A stretch of DNA of 64,000 nt from a phage, in the sequence record PZ027503.1, one strand, 5' to 3'. Under the pieces are notes generated by a model, which was not told where the DNA came from, ran no database searches, and saw only the letters and a program-made list of their open reading frames with translations. Both the position numbers and the translations under genes were made by a program. Below, in pieces: positions 63,434 through 64,000 of the stretch (position 1 is the first letter of the stretch; every line of letters begins with the position of its first letter).

Positions 63434-63862
63434 ATGCAAAACATGACTTGGACCGAAGCTAAAGAAGCGATGCAGAATGGCAAACGTGTGAAGCACGAAT
63501 ACTTCTGTAGTGATGAGTGGTTTGAGATGCAATACGGTGTTATTCTGGATGAGCATGGCTACAATATGTCAAACTGGTTCCGAGGGGAAGCTTGGCAGGA
63601 ACAGGGTTGGTTTGTAATTGAAAAAGAAGACAGTAAGGAAGAAGGCGTGTTGTCTAATGTAGAACGCGAGATGAGGGAAACAAAGATACCTGCTTTGGAT
63701 TTTGTATACCTGGAAGAACTTGTGGCAGCATCTTTTGTAGCAGGAAACCTTTGGAATACACCTGTTAGCCGACTGGAGAACCAAAATAACCCGTCTGCTC
63801 GTAATCACAAGCTTTATAAGGGTAAAGGTCACAACAAATTAAAGAAAGGAAAGAAGAAATGA
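63434..63862 (+). CDS. DUF2829-like protein with basic C-terminal tail
   Basis: N-terminal MTWTEAKEAMQNGKRVKHEYF...GWFVIE resembles DUF2829 pattern; GAGAGGAGAAAAC RBS. Confidence 0.4.
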   Translation: MQNMTWTEAKEAMQNGKRVKHEYFCSDEWFEMQYGVILDEHGYNMSNWFRGEAWQEQGWFVIEKEDSKEEGVLSNVEREMRETKIPALDFVYLEELVAASFVAGNLWNTPVSRLENQNNPSARNHKLYKGKGHNKLKKGKKK

Positions 63863-63999
63863 TCTACAAAAACAAGTTCACTGGTTGTCTCCGTAAATTT
63901 ATCGATAAGAAAGGGTATGTTTCTCTTGACAACGGGGCTACATGGATAGAGAATGGTGCTTCAGAACAATTGATTAAAGCTTTGCCTTACTACGAGGAG
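63859..63999 (+). CDS. hypothetical protein, 3' end beyond window
   Basis: ATGA overlap with upstream stop; frame open to window end. Confidence 0.4.
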   Translation, partial: MIYKNKFTGCLRKFIDKKGYVSLDNGATWIENGASEQLIKALPYYEE

Positions 64000-64000
64000 G

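Noticed and set aside
1-64000. Prophage or integrative element
   Set aside because: No tyrosine integrase, repressor/Cro switch, att-like repeats or flanking bacterial housekeeping genes; the only recombinase is a small resolvase/invertase-type serine recombinase. The content fits a virulent phage.

Overview
This window looks like a 64-kb segment of a large virulent dsDNA phage genome (T4-type lysozyme, NrdA/NrdB, NrdC-like glutaredoxin, PhoH, ThyX), probably infecting a Gram-negative host given the sigma70-type promoters and Shine-Dalgarno sites. All functional calls come from reading motifs by eye; no search was run. Layout: (i) 1-24.9 kb, plus-strand cluster of nucleotide-metabolism and DNA-processing genes, including an RmlC/RmlD-like pair, Dam-like and C5-MTase-like proteins, a Ser/Thr phosphatase, an HslV-like peptidase, a SLOG-like protein and a zinc-ribbon-less Sir2-like protein. 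(ii) 24.9-63.3 kb, minus-strand array of about 100 small ORFs typical of a hyperplastic early region, with a 7-member paralogous family, a small serine recombinase, a NADAR-domain protein, a P-loop ATPase, and secreted and membrane mini-proteins. Inside it, 44.9-55.7 kb is GC-richer and nearly every gene is preceded by a conserved promoter plus 5' stem-loop cassette; it is flanked by AT-rich noncoding regions with palindromes and repeats, and at 55.9-56.5 kb sits a lone plus-strand gene with its own promoters and a possible ncRNA. (iii) From 63.4 kb the plus strand resumes with a DUF2829-like gene. No rRNA, tRNA, CRISPR array or integrase/att evidence was seen. The strongest candidates for something new are a dispersed set of NAD/ADP-ribose-related genes (Sir2-like, SLOG-like, NADAR, DUF2829-like), the paralogous small-protein family, three small proteins ending in W-x-SSS-C, and the promoter/stem-loop cassette array.
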